64,000 nucleotides of DNA from Polyangiaceae bacterium. GTDB lineage: Bacteria > Myxococcota_A > Polyangia > Polyangiales > Polyangiaceae. The notes below the pieces were generated by a model. The model saw only the letters and a list, made by a program, of their open reading frames with translations. It did not search any database and was not told the origin of the DNA. The number at the start of each line of letters is the position of its first letter. Position 1 is the first letter of the stretch. A program made the position numbers and the translations under genes. This document shows, piece after piece, positions 1-9,850 of this stretch. Where the stretch lies: positions 1-64,000 of the forward strand of contig JBGANF010000027.1 in assembly GCA_044222475.1 (NCBI GenBank), written 5' to 3'.

Positions 1-697
1 CCGTCGCGCCCGAGCGTTTGCTCTCGCCGGCCGAGAAGATCGCGTCGATCGTGCCGCGCGCGTGCACCTCGGTCATCGACGCGACTGGGCGGATCGCGGT
101 GCGTGGCCGCGTCGTGCGGAGCGACGCGAGCGCCGCCGATGCCTCCTCCGTCGCGAGCACCTCGGCCGGATCGAGGCGGACGATCTCGGCCGCTGCCGTG
201 GGACCATCGGCTTCGCACGCGAGGAGCTCGCCGGTCGACGCATCGAGCGCGCCCACGCCGTACGCGAGGCCGTCGGTCTCGACGGCGACGATGAAGTGGC
301 TGCGTCGCGCATCGAGCCCGGCGTCGTCGAAGACGATCCCCGGCGTCACGATGCGCACGACCTCGCGCGGGACGATGCCGCGGACCTTCGACGGATCCGC
401 CATCTGCTCGCACAGCGCGACCTTGTAGCCGCGCTCGAGGAGCTTTTGGATGTAGCCGCTCGCGGCGTGGTACGGCACGCCGGCCATCGGGATTTTGTCG
501 ACCGCGTTCTTGTTGCGGCTCGTCAGGGTCAGGTCGAGCTCGCGCGCGACCGTGACCGCGTCCTCGAAGAAGAGCTCGTAGAAGTCGCCGAGGCGAAAGA
601 AGAGAACCGCGTCCGGGTTCTTCTCCTTCGCTGCGAGGTACTGACGCATGACCGGAGTCCCGGCTGCGCCTCCCTCGTCGGTCTTCCGCCCCGCCAT
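1..697 (-). CDS. mutS: DNA mismatch repair protein MutS, N-terminal part (runs off window start)
   Basis: Minus-strand translation from ATG at 697: TPVMRQYLAAKEKNPDAVLFFRLGDFYELFFEDA...IPMAGVPYHA...GYKVALCEQ...REVVRIVTPG, the MutS mismatch-binding domain. Absent from the ORF track because it is truncated. Confidence 0.96.
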   Translation of the reverse strand, partial: MAGRKTDEGGAAGTPVMRQYLAAKEKNPDAVLFFRLGDFYELFFEDAVTVARELDLTLTSRNKNAVDKIPMAGVPYHAASGYIQKLLERGYKVALCEQMADPSKVRGIVPREVVRIVTPGIVFDDAGLDARRSHFIVAVETDGLAYGVGALDASTGELLACEADGPTAAAEIVRLDPAEVLATEEASAALASLRTTRPRTAIRPVASMTEVHARGTIDAIFSAGESKRSGAT

Positions 698-705
698 GGC
701 GCGCC

Positions 706-3700
706 TCAGAAGTAGGGGCTGCCGGCGACGGCGACGCTGTCGAGACTGATGAGCACGAGCCCCTGCGACGAGCCGTCGACGACCGCGAGGCGACCGATCG
801 AGTCGATGAAGCTCATCGACTGCGGCACGACGGACGTCGTCGCGGAGGCGAGGTTGATCGCCTGAGTGACGAACTGCCCGCGGATGCTGAACTTCCACAC
901 GAGGTCACGCGTCGAGTTGGTGAAGCGGCCCGCGCCGGGCGGAGCCGCGCGGAGCGCGCCCGACCAGATGGGGTTGCGCACCGCGAACGCCGAGTTGCGG
1001 TCGACCGAGCCGATGTCGGCGACGCGCTCGACGATGCGGGCGTTCAGGAGGACCTCGCGGCGGGCGGTCGACTGGACGCAGGCGTGGCTCGTCGGGTCGG
1101 CGCTGATGTGGTGGAGGTAGCCAGCGGCGGTACCGATCGCGACCCACTGAGAGCCGGTGCGGACCTTGAAGCGCGCCTGATTGTGGAAGCAGCACTGCGC
1201 CAGCTTGAAGTCGATCTGACTCTGGGTGTCGCGCGGGGCGATCACGCGTCCGTTGATCGGACGAGTCGTCGTGTCGGTGTAGAGGTAGCGGCCGAGCACG
1301 AGGTGATCGTCGTAGGCCTCGAGCACCGGGAAGTCACGCTGGGGGCTGGCCGAGGACGCGAGACCGAACTTGTCGGCGCAGACTTGGTACCGCACCGACG
1401 GCGGCTCGGTCTTGAGGTTGCGCGTGGTGTCGTTGACGAGCGGGACGTCCCAGCAGGCCGGCGGCTTGCCGTCGATGCCGGTGAGGCTCCAGTAGGAGTC
1501 GCCGGGGGCGAGCAGATCATCTGTAATCTGCACGTAATCGGCGAGGCGCTCGGCGAGGCGGGGCGGGATCGAGGCTTGGCCCGCCGGCGATGGATCCTCG
1601 GCGACGATGGCGCTCACCCGTGCTTGCCCGACCTGCTGGTCCTGAACGCCGCGACGGCAGAAGAGACCCGACGTGTTGCTCAGCGACATGGTCGTGAAGT
1701 CCGTCGACGAGAGGACGCCGGCGACTCCGTCGAAGCCGGGGAGCGCACCCTCGTAGGTGACGGTCCAGTCCTGGTCGACGTGAACGGTGGGGTCCTCGAA
1801 CGCGAGGCGTACCGTCGACTCGGCACCGGTGCTGTCGGTCTGCGAGTTGTACTTGACCGTGGGCTTCTGCAAGACCGGGAAGCCGCGAAGCTTGGGATCG
1901 ACGGGGGCGCCGTTCTCGAGGAGAACCGCGAGCGATCCGAGCACGTACGGGACGTGCTTGCCGGTGAGCGTGTCGTCCTTGAGGTAGTAGAACGACCGCG
2001 ATCGGTTCGGCGGCGCGATCGGGAAGAACGCCTCGTTGGTGTCGACGTTGACGTCGGACTTGTTCACGCCGAGCGAGCCGGTGTCGGTCCAGTGGTAGGG
2101 GTCGAAGTCGGTGCCGTCGACTTGGGGGATCTGGAGCGAGCTGTTCTGGAACTTGGGCCCCATCGCTTCGGGACGACGGCAGGCCGCGTCCCAGTCGTCC
2201 ACGTCGATCACGACGACGACTCCGTTCGACAGCGTCGCGAACGCGAAGAGACCGCGGAGCCTCGCGGGACCGAGGCCGATCGTCTGCGAGATGTTGGCGC
2301 GGTAGTACGCGCCGAGCGTCACGTCGTCGAACTGATTTCCTTCGGGATCGATGGAGAACGGCCCCTGGCTCCGGGCGACGTCGTCGTGATCGACACCGCG
2401 GTTCGGGTTGCACTGGAGCCCGGTCTTGAGCACGCCCGGCGTCTGCCCCGGATAGTTGTTGAGCGGCAGATCGTGGCGAACGAACGAGAACGAGGTGATG
2501 GGAGCAGCAAAGCGGATGCGATCCGGTGGCTGAGCGGGGACGAGCTCGGCGTTCGGGCGAACCATCGGCGAGCGGTTCGCGGTGAGCGGGTCGGTCGCGT
2601 CGTAGACGAGGATCGTGCCCTCGCGATCGTCGAGCGCGTAGAGGTAGCGCTTGAAGTCGTGCGTGGTCGGGCTGACCGCGACCTCGGTGGTGGTGACGAC
2701 GCGACCCGGGTTCGCCAGGCTCGTCGCGAGGTACGGATCGAGCTCGGTGAGCTTGCCGTTCGCCGTGTCGATCACGTGGACGATCGGGAGCGCGTCGTCG
2801 CCGACGTAGAGAACTCGACCATCGAACGCCATCCCACGGCCGTGAGCGATCGCGCCCGGAACCTTCTTGACCGGGAAGCTCGCTGCGTCGACGCCGGCGT
2901 CGCCACCATCGGACGAGCCAGCGTCCAGCGAAGCTCCGATGGCCCAGAGCGGCAGCTGCGGCGTACCGACACCCGGCGTTGGCGCGAAGAGATCGACGCC
3001 GCCATCGACGTAGGGGAGCCCGTTGCCCCACGTGCTGCCGGCGCTCCACGTCGCGGGGACCACGCTCGAGAGCTCGACCGCCGACGTGATCGGGCACGGC
3101 GCGAGCGAGCCGGGTCCGATCGCGTTGGGCAGCGTCGAGTCGAGGAATGGATCCATGTCGATGGTGACGAGCTTCGACGTCGTCGCCGTGTCGCCGGGGA
3201 GGAGCACCGCGAGGCGCGCGCCCTTGCTGGGTGATGCCCCGCCGTCGGCGCCGCCCTCCGGCACGCCACCGTCGGTCGACGTCGCCGCCGCGGGGACGAT
3301 CGCCATGCGACCCGGAGCCTGAGGCAGCGCGCACACCGGCCACTCCGTCAGCGTGGTCGAAGGACCGCGCTCGCCGGTGGCGTCGCCGATGACGCGCTCG
3401 CCGGGGATCGCGTAGATGGCCGGCTTGTTCACCTCGGCCGAGGCGACGAAGATGCGCTTGCCGTCCGGAGTGGCGACGATGTCGGTCGGGTTCATGCCGA
3501 CTGGGATGAAGTTGATGCCGGGCTGGGGACGGCTCACGTCCACGACGCGCCCGGCCGTGAGATCGACGACAGCGACCTCGCCGCGGAGCGTCTGCGTGAC
3601 GACCGCGAACAGGTGGTACGGGAGGAGCGTGGTGTCGGTGCCTTCGGCGACCGGCGCGCAGTTCGCCTGAGCGACCGGCTGCGGATCGACCGCGACGCCG

Positions 3701-3882
3701 CCCTCGGAGATCTTCACGCAGACGACGTCCATGCGACCGGCGCGCTCGAACGTGCGCACCGGGACCGGCGTCGGCGTGGCGCTGCAGCTCGCGAGCGTCG
3801 TCATGATCCCGAGCGCGCCCGCTACGAGGGCTCCGCTCAGCGCCACGGCGACGACCGCCTTCTTCTGCTTCGGGGTTGCCAT
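706..3882 (-). CDS. Large lipoprotein (~1058 aa), probable beta-propeller/YVTN-like repeats
   Basis: C-terminal part of track ORF 706..5514. Likely start MATPKQKK at 3882, then a hydrophobic stretch and lipobox LASC. Propeller-like motifs (IPVGMNPTDIVATPDGKRIFVAS). Confidence 0.75.
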   Translation of the reverse strand: MATPKQKKAVVAVALSGALVAGALGIMTTLASCSATPTPVPVRTFERAGRMDVVCVKISEGGVAVDPQPVAQANCAPVAEGTDTTLLPYHLFAVVTQTLRGEVAVVDLTAGRVVDVSRPQPGINFIPVGMNPTDIVATPDGKRIFVASAEVNKPAIYAIPGERVIGDATGERGPSTTLTEWPVCALPQAPGRMAIVPAAATSTDGGVPEGGADGGASPSKGARLAVLLPGDTATTSKLVTIDMDPFLDSTLPNAIGPGSLAPCPITSAVELSSVVPATWSAGSTWGNGLPYVDGGVDLFAPTPGVGTPQLPLWAIGASLDAGSSDGGDAGVDAASFPVKKVPGAIAHGRGMAFDGRVLYVGDDALPIVHVIDTANGKLTELDPYLATSLANPGRVVTTTEVAVSPTTHDFKRYLYALDDREGTILVYDATDPLTANRSPMVRPNAELVPAQPPDRIRFAAPITSFSFVRHDLPLNNYPGQTPGVLKTGLQCNPNRGVDHDDVARSQGPFSIDPEGNQFDDVTLGAYYRANISQTIGLGPARLRGLFAFATLSNGVVVVIDVDDWDAACRRPEAMGPKFQNSSLQIPQVDGTDFDPYHWTDTGSLGVNKSDVNVDTNEAFFPIAPPNRSRSFYYLKDDTLTGKHVPYVLGSLAVLLENGAPVDPKLRGFPVLQKPTVKYNSQTDSTGAESTVRLAFEDPTVHVDQDWTVTYEGALPGFDGVAGVLSSTDFTTMSLSNTSGLFCRRGVQDQQVGQARVSAIVAEDPSPAGQASIPPRLAERLADYVQITDDLLAPGDSYWSLTGIDGKPPACWDVPLVNDTTRNLKTEPPSVRYQVCADKFGLASSASPQRDFPVLEAYDDHLVLGRYLYTDTTTRPINGRVIAPRDTQSQIDFKLAQCCFHNQARFKVRTGSQWVAIGTAAGYLHHISADPTSHACVQSTARREVLLNARIVERVADIGSVDRNSAFAVRNPIWSGALRAAPPGAGRFTNSTRDLVWKFSIRGQFVTQAINLASATTSVVPQSMSFIDSIGRLAVVDGSSQGLVLISLDSVAVAGSPYF

Positions 3883-3887
3883 CTCGC

Positions 3888-5615
3888 TCACGTGCCCTTG
3901 GGCTGCGTCGGCGTGCCGAGCGTGAAGACCACGGTCCCGTACGTCGACTTGTCGGCGCGGGAGTCGTCGAAGTCGAGGACCTGGACGTACGACTGGGTGA
4001 AGCTCGCGACGTACGCGAACCGATAGGTGAGGAGATCGCGGCCCGGCTCGCGAACGTCTTGGGGAACCTGCTTGCGGAGCGCCATGTCGGTGAAGGAGAA
4101 CGGATCGAACGCGAGCGCGAAGGGACCGGGGCCGACGCGCACGACCGCCTCGATCAGGTCGGCGTCGGGGTCGTAGACGATGACCTGGCTGGCGTCGAAG
4201 CAGACGACGAACACGCGCAACGCGTACCGTCCCGCGCCGTCGACGATGGGCGCGATGTAGATGCGCGAGGGGCCTGGCGGCATCGGGACGTTCTTTCGGA
4301 ACGCCACGGCATCGGGATCGTAGACGCCGTCGGAGCGAAGCTGACCGACGTCGCCCACGATGAGCGACGGCGGCGACCGCGACGAGATGAAGAAGCGCGC
4401 CGGAAGCTGTGCGCACGCGATCTTGCCGTCGACGTCGCCCGGGGCGATCGACGCCTTGCAGCGGATGCGAGCGGAGGGATCGAACGCGATGCCGCGCGAG
4501 TCGGTGCTGCCGGCGTTCGCTTTGATGGGGATGTTCTGCTCGTTCGAGATGAACGGCCGGTAGAGCGTGGATGCACCGCTCTGACCGATGTCGTCGTAGT
4601 AGCGAAGGACGCTCAGCTGGGCGACGGCGCGGCTGACCTGCATGAACGCCGGGCGCGGAAGGACCCGCGCGCAGTCGGCTGGCGTGCCGGTGACGCACTC
4701 GCGGAAGGCGTCTGGATCGTGCGGAACCGCCGCGATGGCGATGCCGCCAGCAGGGAGGCTGTCCGCGACGAACTGGAGCGCCGGCCGGTTGTTGACGAGG
4801 TTCGACGCGAAGAGACTGGTCCGCGTGTCGGTCTGGTGGGTGATGGCGATCGCCGTGCCGTCTTCGCTCTGCGCCATGCCGAACGGCTCGCCGGGCATCG
4901 TGATGTCGCGCGTGTTGCCGGGCTCGTTCGGATCGCTGCCGGCGTGGTGGCTGGCGTCGCAGCGTCCGTCCGAGCGCGGACCGCAGTCGAGCTTGAACGG
5001 CGCGTAGTCCTTCGCTGCGGCGGCCGTCTCGGGCGGCGCGATGCTCGCGTCGTCGAGGGCGATGTCGCCCCAGGTGAGCGAGACGTCGCCACGGATGGGA
5101 ACGAAGAACCGTTTGCCGCCGACGCCGAGCTGGAGGTCGGTCGCGAACGCGCCGATGATCGCGGAGTCGCGAACGTAGTACGACGCCTTCGTCGGAGGAG
5201 CGCACGTCCAGGTCGGCGGCTGGCCGCCGCTTCCGTCGGTTCGATTCGTCGGCGGGTTGGAGGGGCAGCTGCCCGGTGGCGGGGGCGGGTACACGAGCTG
5301 ATCGCGCGGTCTCGACGGATCCGCGATCATCTCGACCGTGTCGCGGCGAATCAGGTGGAGGTCGTACGACTGGACCGTGCCGCCGTTCCATTGGAGGTCG
5401 AAGTCGGAGTTCGCGACGTAGAGGACGTTGCCGCCCTTCGAGACCGCGAGCCCGACGGGGAAGTAGAAATTGTCGAGCGGAGGCGCTTGGCCTTGCCCCG
5501 CGGTGGGGAAGCATCCGACGCCGATCGGCGCCGCAGAGAGCGCTGCCGCGACCGCGATGGAAGCGACCATCCCCCGGGCACGGGTTCGCCTCTGGTACGG
5601 GGATCGGACGGCCAT
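3888..5615 (-). CDS. Lipoprotein with YVTN/YncE-like beta-propeller
   Basis: Lipobox GVGC; NFYFPVGLAVSKGGNVLYVANSDFD and VRVGPGPFALAFD motifs. Start could be the later ATG (MVASIAV). Confidence 0.75.
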   Translation of the reverse strand: MAVRSPYQRRTRARGMVASIAVAAALSAAPIGVGCFPTAGQGQAPPLDNFYFPVGLAVSKGGNVLYVANSDFDLQWNGGTVQSYDLHLIRRDTVEMIADPSRPRDQLVYPPPPPGSCPSNPPTNRTDGSGGQPPTWTCAPPTKASYYVRDSAIIGAFATDLQLGVGGKRFFVPIRGDVSLTWGDIALDDASIAPPETAAAAKDYAPFKLDCGPRSDGRCDASHHAGSDPNEPGNTRDITMPGEPFGMAQSEDGTAIAITHQTDTRTSLFASNLVNNRPALQFVADSLPAGGIAIAAVPHDPDAFRECVTGTPADCARVLPRPAFMQVSRAVAQLSVLRYYDDIGQSGASTLYRPFISNEQNIPIKANAGSTDSRGIAFDPSARIRCKASIAPGDVDGKIACAQLPARFFISSRSPPSLIVGDVGQLRSDGVYDPDAVAFRKNVPMPPGPSRIYIAPIVDGAGRYALRVFVVCFDASQVIVYDPDADLIEAVVRVGPGPFALAFDPFSFTDMALRKQVPQDVREPGRDLLTYRFAYVASFTQSYVQVLDFDDSRADKSTYGTVVFTLGTPTQPKGT

Positions 5616-5689
5616 TTCGGACCCCGGACCTTAGTCAGGCCGCGGAACCGTGTCGAGCAGGGATTTCCGGAGCAAAACCGGGGGTGAAG

Positions 5690-5857
5690 TCAGAGCTCGA
5701 CGATGATGACGCCGCGCTTTTCCTCTTCGACCGCCGGGTGTGGGGACGAGGGCTTCGGGCGCGGTTCGAGCGGCAGCTCCACGCGAGGCTGCTCCTGCTG
5801 AACGCGCTCCTCGATCTCGCGCTTTCGGATTTGCTCGATGATGAACGGAGGTAGCAT
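5690..5857 (-). CDS. Small hypothetical protein (55 aa)
   Basis: MLPPFIIEQIRKREIEERVQQEQPRVELPLE...RGVIIVEL; ATG at 5857; protein-like composition; fills the intergenic gap. Confidence 0.6.
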   Translation of the reverse strand: MLPPFIIEQIRKREIEERVQQEQPRVELPLEPRPKPSSPHPAVEEEKRGVIIVEL

Positions 5858-5892
5858 CGGGCTTCCAATATCCAACCGTAGCAACGCGGGGT

Positions 5893-7209
5893 GTGGGGTC
5901 AAGAGACGTGCAATTTGGGTCATTTTCGAAACTCGTCTGCTTGCATGGCCTTGCGGTGCTCTTGGTCTCGCTGCTCGTCTCTCAAGTTGCGCACGCCGAG
6001 CCCTTCGCGAAAGGGCCTGACTGGGACGGAACCTCGGATTTCCACGATCTGGCCAAAGACGTGGCTGGATCGAGCGAGGTCGTCACCGGATCGCTCGATT
6101 TTGGCGCACTGCGCAAAGAGGACGCCGTCGTCATCATCCACCCAGACCGGGTGCTCGACGTGGAGAGCCTCTCCAAGTTCATGCGCGAGGGCGGCCGGGT
6201 CGTCCTCTTCGACGACTACGGGACCGGCGATCAGCTCCTGCAGCACTTCGAGATTCGGCGCGTCGCCCTCCCGGAGAAGCCGCAGCTCATGCTGCGCCAG
6301 AACCCGGCGCTCGCGATCGCCGTCCCGGCCGCGGACCATCCGGCGGTCGCCGGCGTGGACCGAGTGGTCTCGAACCACGCCACCGGCCTCGCGCACAAGG
6401 AGCTGTCGCCCGTCCTTCGCGTTCGCGACTCGGACGGAGGGGACGGCGTGCTGCTCGCGCTCGCGGGCGCGGTCGGCAAGGGTCGGCTTTTGGCGGTGGG
6501 TGACAGCTCGCTCGTCATCAACTCGATGCTCAAGTACCCGGGCAACCGACTCTTCGTTCGCAACGTCCTCAACTACGCGCTCGAGGACGATCAGGAGCTG
6601 GGCAAGCGTCACGGCAAGCTCTACATCGTCACCGGCAGCTTCCCGACGCACGGCACGTTCGGCGATCCGGCGTCGTCCGGTGGCGTGTTCGATGCGTTTC
6701 GCCACCTTCGCGACTTCCTGCGCGACGTCGATCGCGACGGGATCCCCCCGCTCGCCGCGTTCCTCCTCGCCGCCGCCGTCGGGCTTTCGATCGTGCTGTG
6801 GATCAGCTCGCGCGCCGCGCGCACGCACCAGCCGGTGGTGCCGCGCTACACGCGCGCTGCGCCGGTGAGCTCTCAAGGCGGCGTCGCGGGACACGCCGCG
6901 GTCCTCGCCGCCAAGGGCACGACGCGCGCGCTCGGGATCCTGGAGTGGAAGAGCGCGATCGAAGAGGAGCTGTGCTCGCGCCTCGAGCTCAGCCGCACGC
7001 CGTCGCCGAAGGAGCTCGCGCGCGCAGCGCTCGAAGCGAAGCTCGTCGGTGAGGACGGCGCGCGGGAGCTGCTCTCGCTCCTCGCTCGGATGGGCGAGGT
7101 CGAAACGATCGTCCTCGCGCGCCGCTCGGACGCGATGCGTCGAGTGAAGGACGCGGACTTGATGGACGTCTCGCGAAGAGCGCGGCGGCTCTTGGCGCAC
7201 CTGCCGTGA
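5893..7209 (+). CDS. DUF4350-like membrane protein (MoxR-associated)
   Basis: Signal peptide, DWDGTSDF, GGRVVLFDDYG, GKGRLLAVGDSSLVINSML, one C-terminal TM; adjacent to MoxR. Start uncertain (may be ~5941-5956). Confidence 0.7.
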   Translation: MGSRDVQFGSFSKLVCLHGLAVLLVSLLVSQVAHAEPFAKGPDWDGTSDFHDLAKDVAGSSEVVTGSLDFGALRKEDAVVIIHPDRVLDVESLSKFMREGGRVVLFDDYGTGDQLLQHFEIRRVALPEKPQLMLRQNPALAIAVPAADHPAVAGVDRVVSNHATGLAHKELSPVLRVRDSDGGDGVLLALAGAVGKGRLLAVGDSSLVINSMLKYPGNRLFVRNVLNYALEDDQELGKRHGKLYIVTGSFPTHGTFGDPASSGGVFDAFRHLRDFLRDVDRDGIPPLAAFLLAAAVGLSIVLWISSRAARTHQPVVPRYTRAAPVSSQGGVAGHAAVLAAKGTTRALGILEWKSAIEEELCSRLELSRTPSPKELARAALEAKLVGEDGARELLSLLARMGEVETIVLARRSDAMRRVKDADLMDVSRRARRLLAHLP

Positions 7210-7219
7210 TGCGGCTGGT

Positions 7220-8188
7220 CTAGACCGGGCGCACTCCGCGGCGGTAGCCGACCTTCGACAGCGCTTCTTCGATCACGAGAAGCCTCGTGCGGTTGTCCCC
7301 TTCGACGTCGGCGCTGAGCACGAGGCGGTGACCGAGGACACTCGGAGCGACGGCGCGCACGTCGTCGGGAGCGACGAACGGGCGACCGCTGAGGAGCGCC
7401 CACGCCTTGGCCGCCTGAACCAGCGCGAGCGACGCGCGCGGGCTCGCGCCGAGCGCCACGCGCGAGTGGCTGCGCGTGTAGGCGGTGAGGCCGACCGCGT
7501 AGTCGAGGAGATCGTCCTCGACGTGGATGCGCGCGCAGATCGACTGGAGCGTCATCAAGTCGGGGCCGGAGAGGATCGCGCGCGCGGCCGGCGGCTCGAC
7601 GCCGAAGGTGCGGAGCATCTGCACTTCTTCGCGCGCGGACGGGTAGCCCATCGGGATGCGCACCAGGAAGCGATCGATCTGCGCTTCGGGGAGCGGGTAC
7701 GTGCCCTCGAGATCGATCGGGTTCTGCGTCGCGAGGACGAGGAAGGGGTTGGGGAGCTCGTACCGGTCACCCTCGATGGTGACCTGTCGCTCCTGCATCG
7801 CCTCGAGGAGCGCGGACTGCGTCTTCGCCGGCGCGCGGTTGATCTCGTCGGCGAGGACGACGTTGGCGAAGATCGGACCGGGCCGCAGCGTGAACGTCCC
7901 GTCCTTGGGCGACAAGACGTACGTGCCGGTGATGTCGGCCGGCATGAGGTCGGGCGTGAACTGGATGCGCCGCGCGGTGCAGCCCAAGCCGACGGCGAAC
8001 GCTTTCACGAGCGTCGTCTTGGCGACGCCCGGGACGCCCTCGAGGAGGACGTGTCCTTTCGCGAGGATCGCCACCAGCATCAGGTCGAGCGCGCGCGTCG
8101 GACCGATGTAGATCCGCGAGACCTCGCGCCGAAGCTCGTCGATGCGCTCCTTCGCGGCCGAGATCTCGTTCGTGGCGGCTGCCTGCAC
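7220..8188 (-). CDS. MoxR family AAA+ ATPase
   Basis: GHVLLEGVPGVAKT, RIQFTPDLMPADITG, LADEINRAPAKTQSALLEAMQE, ATQNPI, YPLPEAQIDRF. Start placed at GTG 8188 (track TTG 8197). Confidence 0.95.
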   Translation of the reverse strand: MQAAATNEISAAKERIDELRREVSRIYIGPTRALDLMLVAILAKGHVLLEGVPGVAKTTLVKAFAVGLGCTARRIQFTPDLMPADITGTYVLSPKDGTFTLRPGPIFANVVLADEINRAPAKTQSALLEAMQERQVTIEGDRYELPNPFLVLATQNPIDLEGTYPLPEAQIDRFLVRIPMGYPSAREEVQMLRTFGVEPPAARAILSGPDLMTLQSICARIHVEDDLLDYAVGLTAYTRSHSRVALGASPRASLALVQAAKAWALLSGRPFVAPDDVRAVAPSVLGHRLVLSADVEGDNRTRLLVIEEALSKVGYRRGVRPV

Positions 8189-8268
8189 GACCTGCAAACG
8201 TAATGGATGGCGCGGCGTTCGTGTACACCAATCGCCTCCAGCGCCATGGTTCGCGCTATCGTCGGAGC

Positions 8269-9840
8269 GTGCGGCTTCACCCCACCCGCCCGACGTTCCA
8301 CGTGGCCCTGGCGGGCGCGACGCTGCTTGCCCTGGGAATCGCCCTGCGAAGTGGCGCGGTCGTCACCTTTGCGGCGGCGATGATCCTCGCCGTGGCGGTC
8401 GGGCGAGGCCTCGCACTGACGGCCGTGACTCGCCTCCGAGCGGCCGGCTTCGAGATGGTCTGGAGCACCCCTCGCCGCGTCGCCCGCACCCACCGGGGCG
8501 GGGTCCTCACGATCGAGGCGGAGCTCCGCAACCGCGGCATCGACGACATCCGCGGGATCGAGCTTCGCGTCCTGACGTCGGCGATGCTGCGCGCCAAGGT
8601 CGAGCCGAAGACGATCGATCTGCCGCCCGAGTCCCGCGTCTTCGTCAAGGTGACCGTCGAAGCGAAGCGCGTCGGACGGTGGGGCGTTCACGGGATGGCG
8701 CTCGAGGTGCGCGGCGTCGAGGCCGGCGGAGAGAGCCTCTACGAGGTCCCGCTGATGTTCGCGAACCCGTTCGGCATCGAGGTCCTCCCCCTCCCCCTCA
8801 AGATCCTGATGGACAACCCGAGCGGCGGGCGCGCGCGCCGCTCCGCGGAGCAAGGCCGACCGTCGATGCTCGCGGGCGAAGGGGACCAGCTGAAGGAGCT
8901 GCGCGAGCACGTCCCGGGCGATCCGTTCAAGCGCATCGCGTGGAAGGCGAGCGCGAAGCGCGGGCGGCTCGTCGTGCGCGAGATGGAGCGCGATCAACGC
9001 GACGTCGTGTGGGTCGTGGTCGACTCGTCCGTCGAGCTCTGGTCGGGCGAGCCCGGGGCGGCCCCGCTCGACCGCACCATCGACGACGCTGCGGCGGTGG
9101 CAGCCCGACACCTCACCCGCGGTGATCGCGTCGGACTGGTCGTCACGGCGTCGCGCCTTCGTTCGTGGATCACCCCGGCGAGCGGGCCGTCGCAGATCAA
9201 CAAGATCGCCGCCGCGCTCGCCAGCGCAGCGAGCTGCGTCGACGCCGACCGCTCCGATCTCGACGAGCACGAGGTCGCGGCGCGCGTCGCCGAGCACGCA
9301 CGACCGCTCGACGCACGCGGGCTCGCCGATCTGCCGCGAGGCAACCTCGACATGCTCGCCGCCCGCGCCGAGTCGCTGCGCAACCGCGCACCGTTCGCGC
9401 CGCGGGTGCCGTTTGCGCCGAGCTCCCGCGAGCGCACGCTTCGTCACTACCTCGCGAGCTTCGGCGTCGAGGGTCCACCGCGACTCGACGGCGAGCGCGA
9501 GAAGAGCGCGATCGCGATCGGGCAGGCGTTCGATCGCCTTCTCGGGGACAAGGCACGACCGAGCATCGTCTACGTGTTCGCCCCCGCCCCCACCACCGGC
9601 TCGCCCCTCGCTCATGCGGCGGCGAAGCTTCGACGACGCCAGGTACAGGTGCGCTGGTCGCAGCCCGATGCATCGCTGTGGCACGGCACCGCCGAACCCG
9701 AGACGCCGGAAGAGGCGATCTACGCCGCGGTGCAGGTCCGGTCCGACGTCGCCAAGAAGCGCGGCGATCGCGCGATCGCGAAGGCCGGCGCCCGCCTGCT
9801 CCGCATTCGGCCGGCGACGAAGACCGAGAAGAGCACCTGA
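8269..9840 (+). CDS. DUF58 domain membrane protein
   Basis: N-terminal TMs; LREHVPGDPFKRIAWKASAKRGRLVVREME and GDRVGL motifs. GTG start at 8269 follows a TATCGT box. Confidence 0.88.
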   Translation: MRLHPTRPTFHVALAGATLLALGIALRSGAVVTFAAAMILAVAVGRGLALTAVTRLRAAGFEMVWSTPRRVARTHRGGVLTIEAELRNRGIDDIRGIELRVLTSAMLRAKVEPKTIDLPPESRVFVKVTVEAKRVGRWGVHGMALEVRGVEAGGESLYEVPLMFANPFGIEVLPLPLKILMDNPSGGRARRSAEQGRPSMLAGEGDQLKELREHVPGDPFKRIAWKASAKRGRLVVREMERDQRDVVWVVVDSSVELWSGEPGAAPLDRTIDDAAAVAARHLTRGDRVGLVVTASRLRSWITPASGPSQINKIAAALASAASCVDADRSDLDEHEVAARVAEHARPLDARGLADLPRGNLDMLAARAESLRNRAPFAPRVPFAPSSRERTLRHYLASFGVEGPPRLDGEREKSAIAIGQAFDRLLGDKARPSIVYVFAPAPTTGSPLAHAAAKLRRRQVQVRWSQPDASLWHGTAEPETPEEAIYAAVQVRSDVAKKRGDRAIAKAGARLLRIRPATKTEKST

Positions 9841-9850
9841 GCGCCCGCCC

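Noticed and set aside
62..715. Plus-strand 217 aa ORF
   Set aside because: Antisense shadow of mutS.
3883..5514. N-terminal 544 aa of the 1602 aa track ORF
   Set aside because: Arg-rich off-frame read overlapping the real 3888-5615 gene; the signal peptide starts at 3882.
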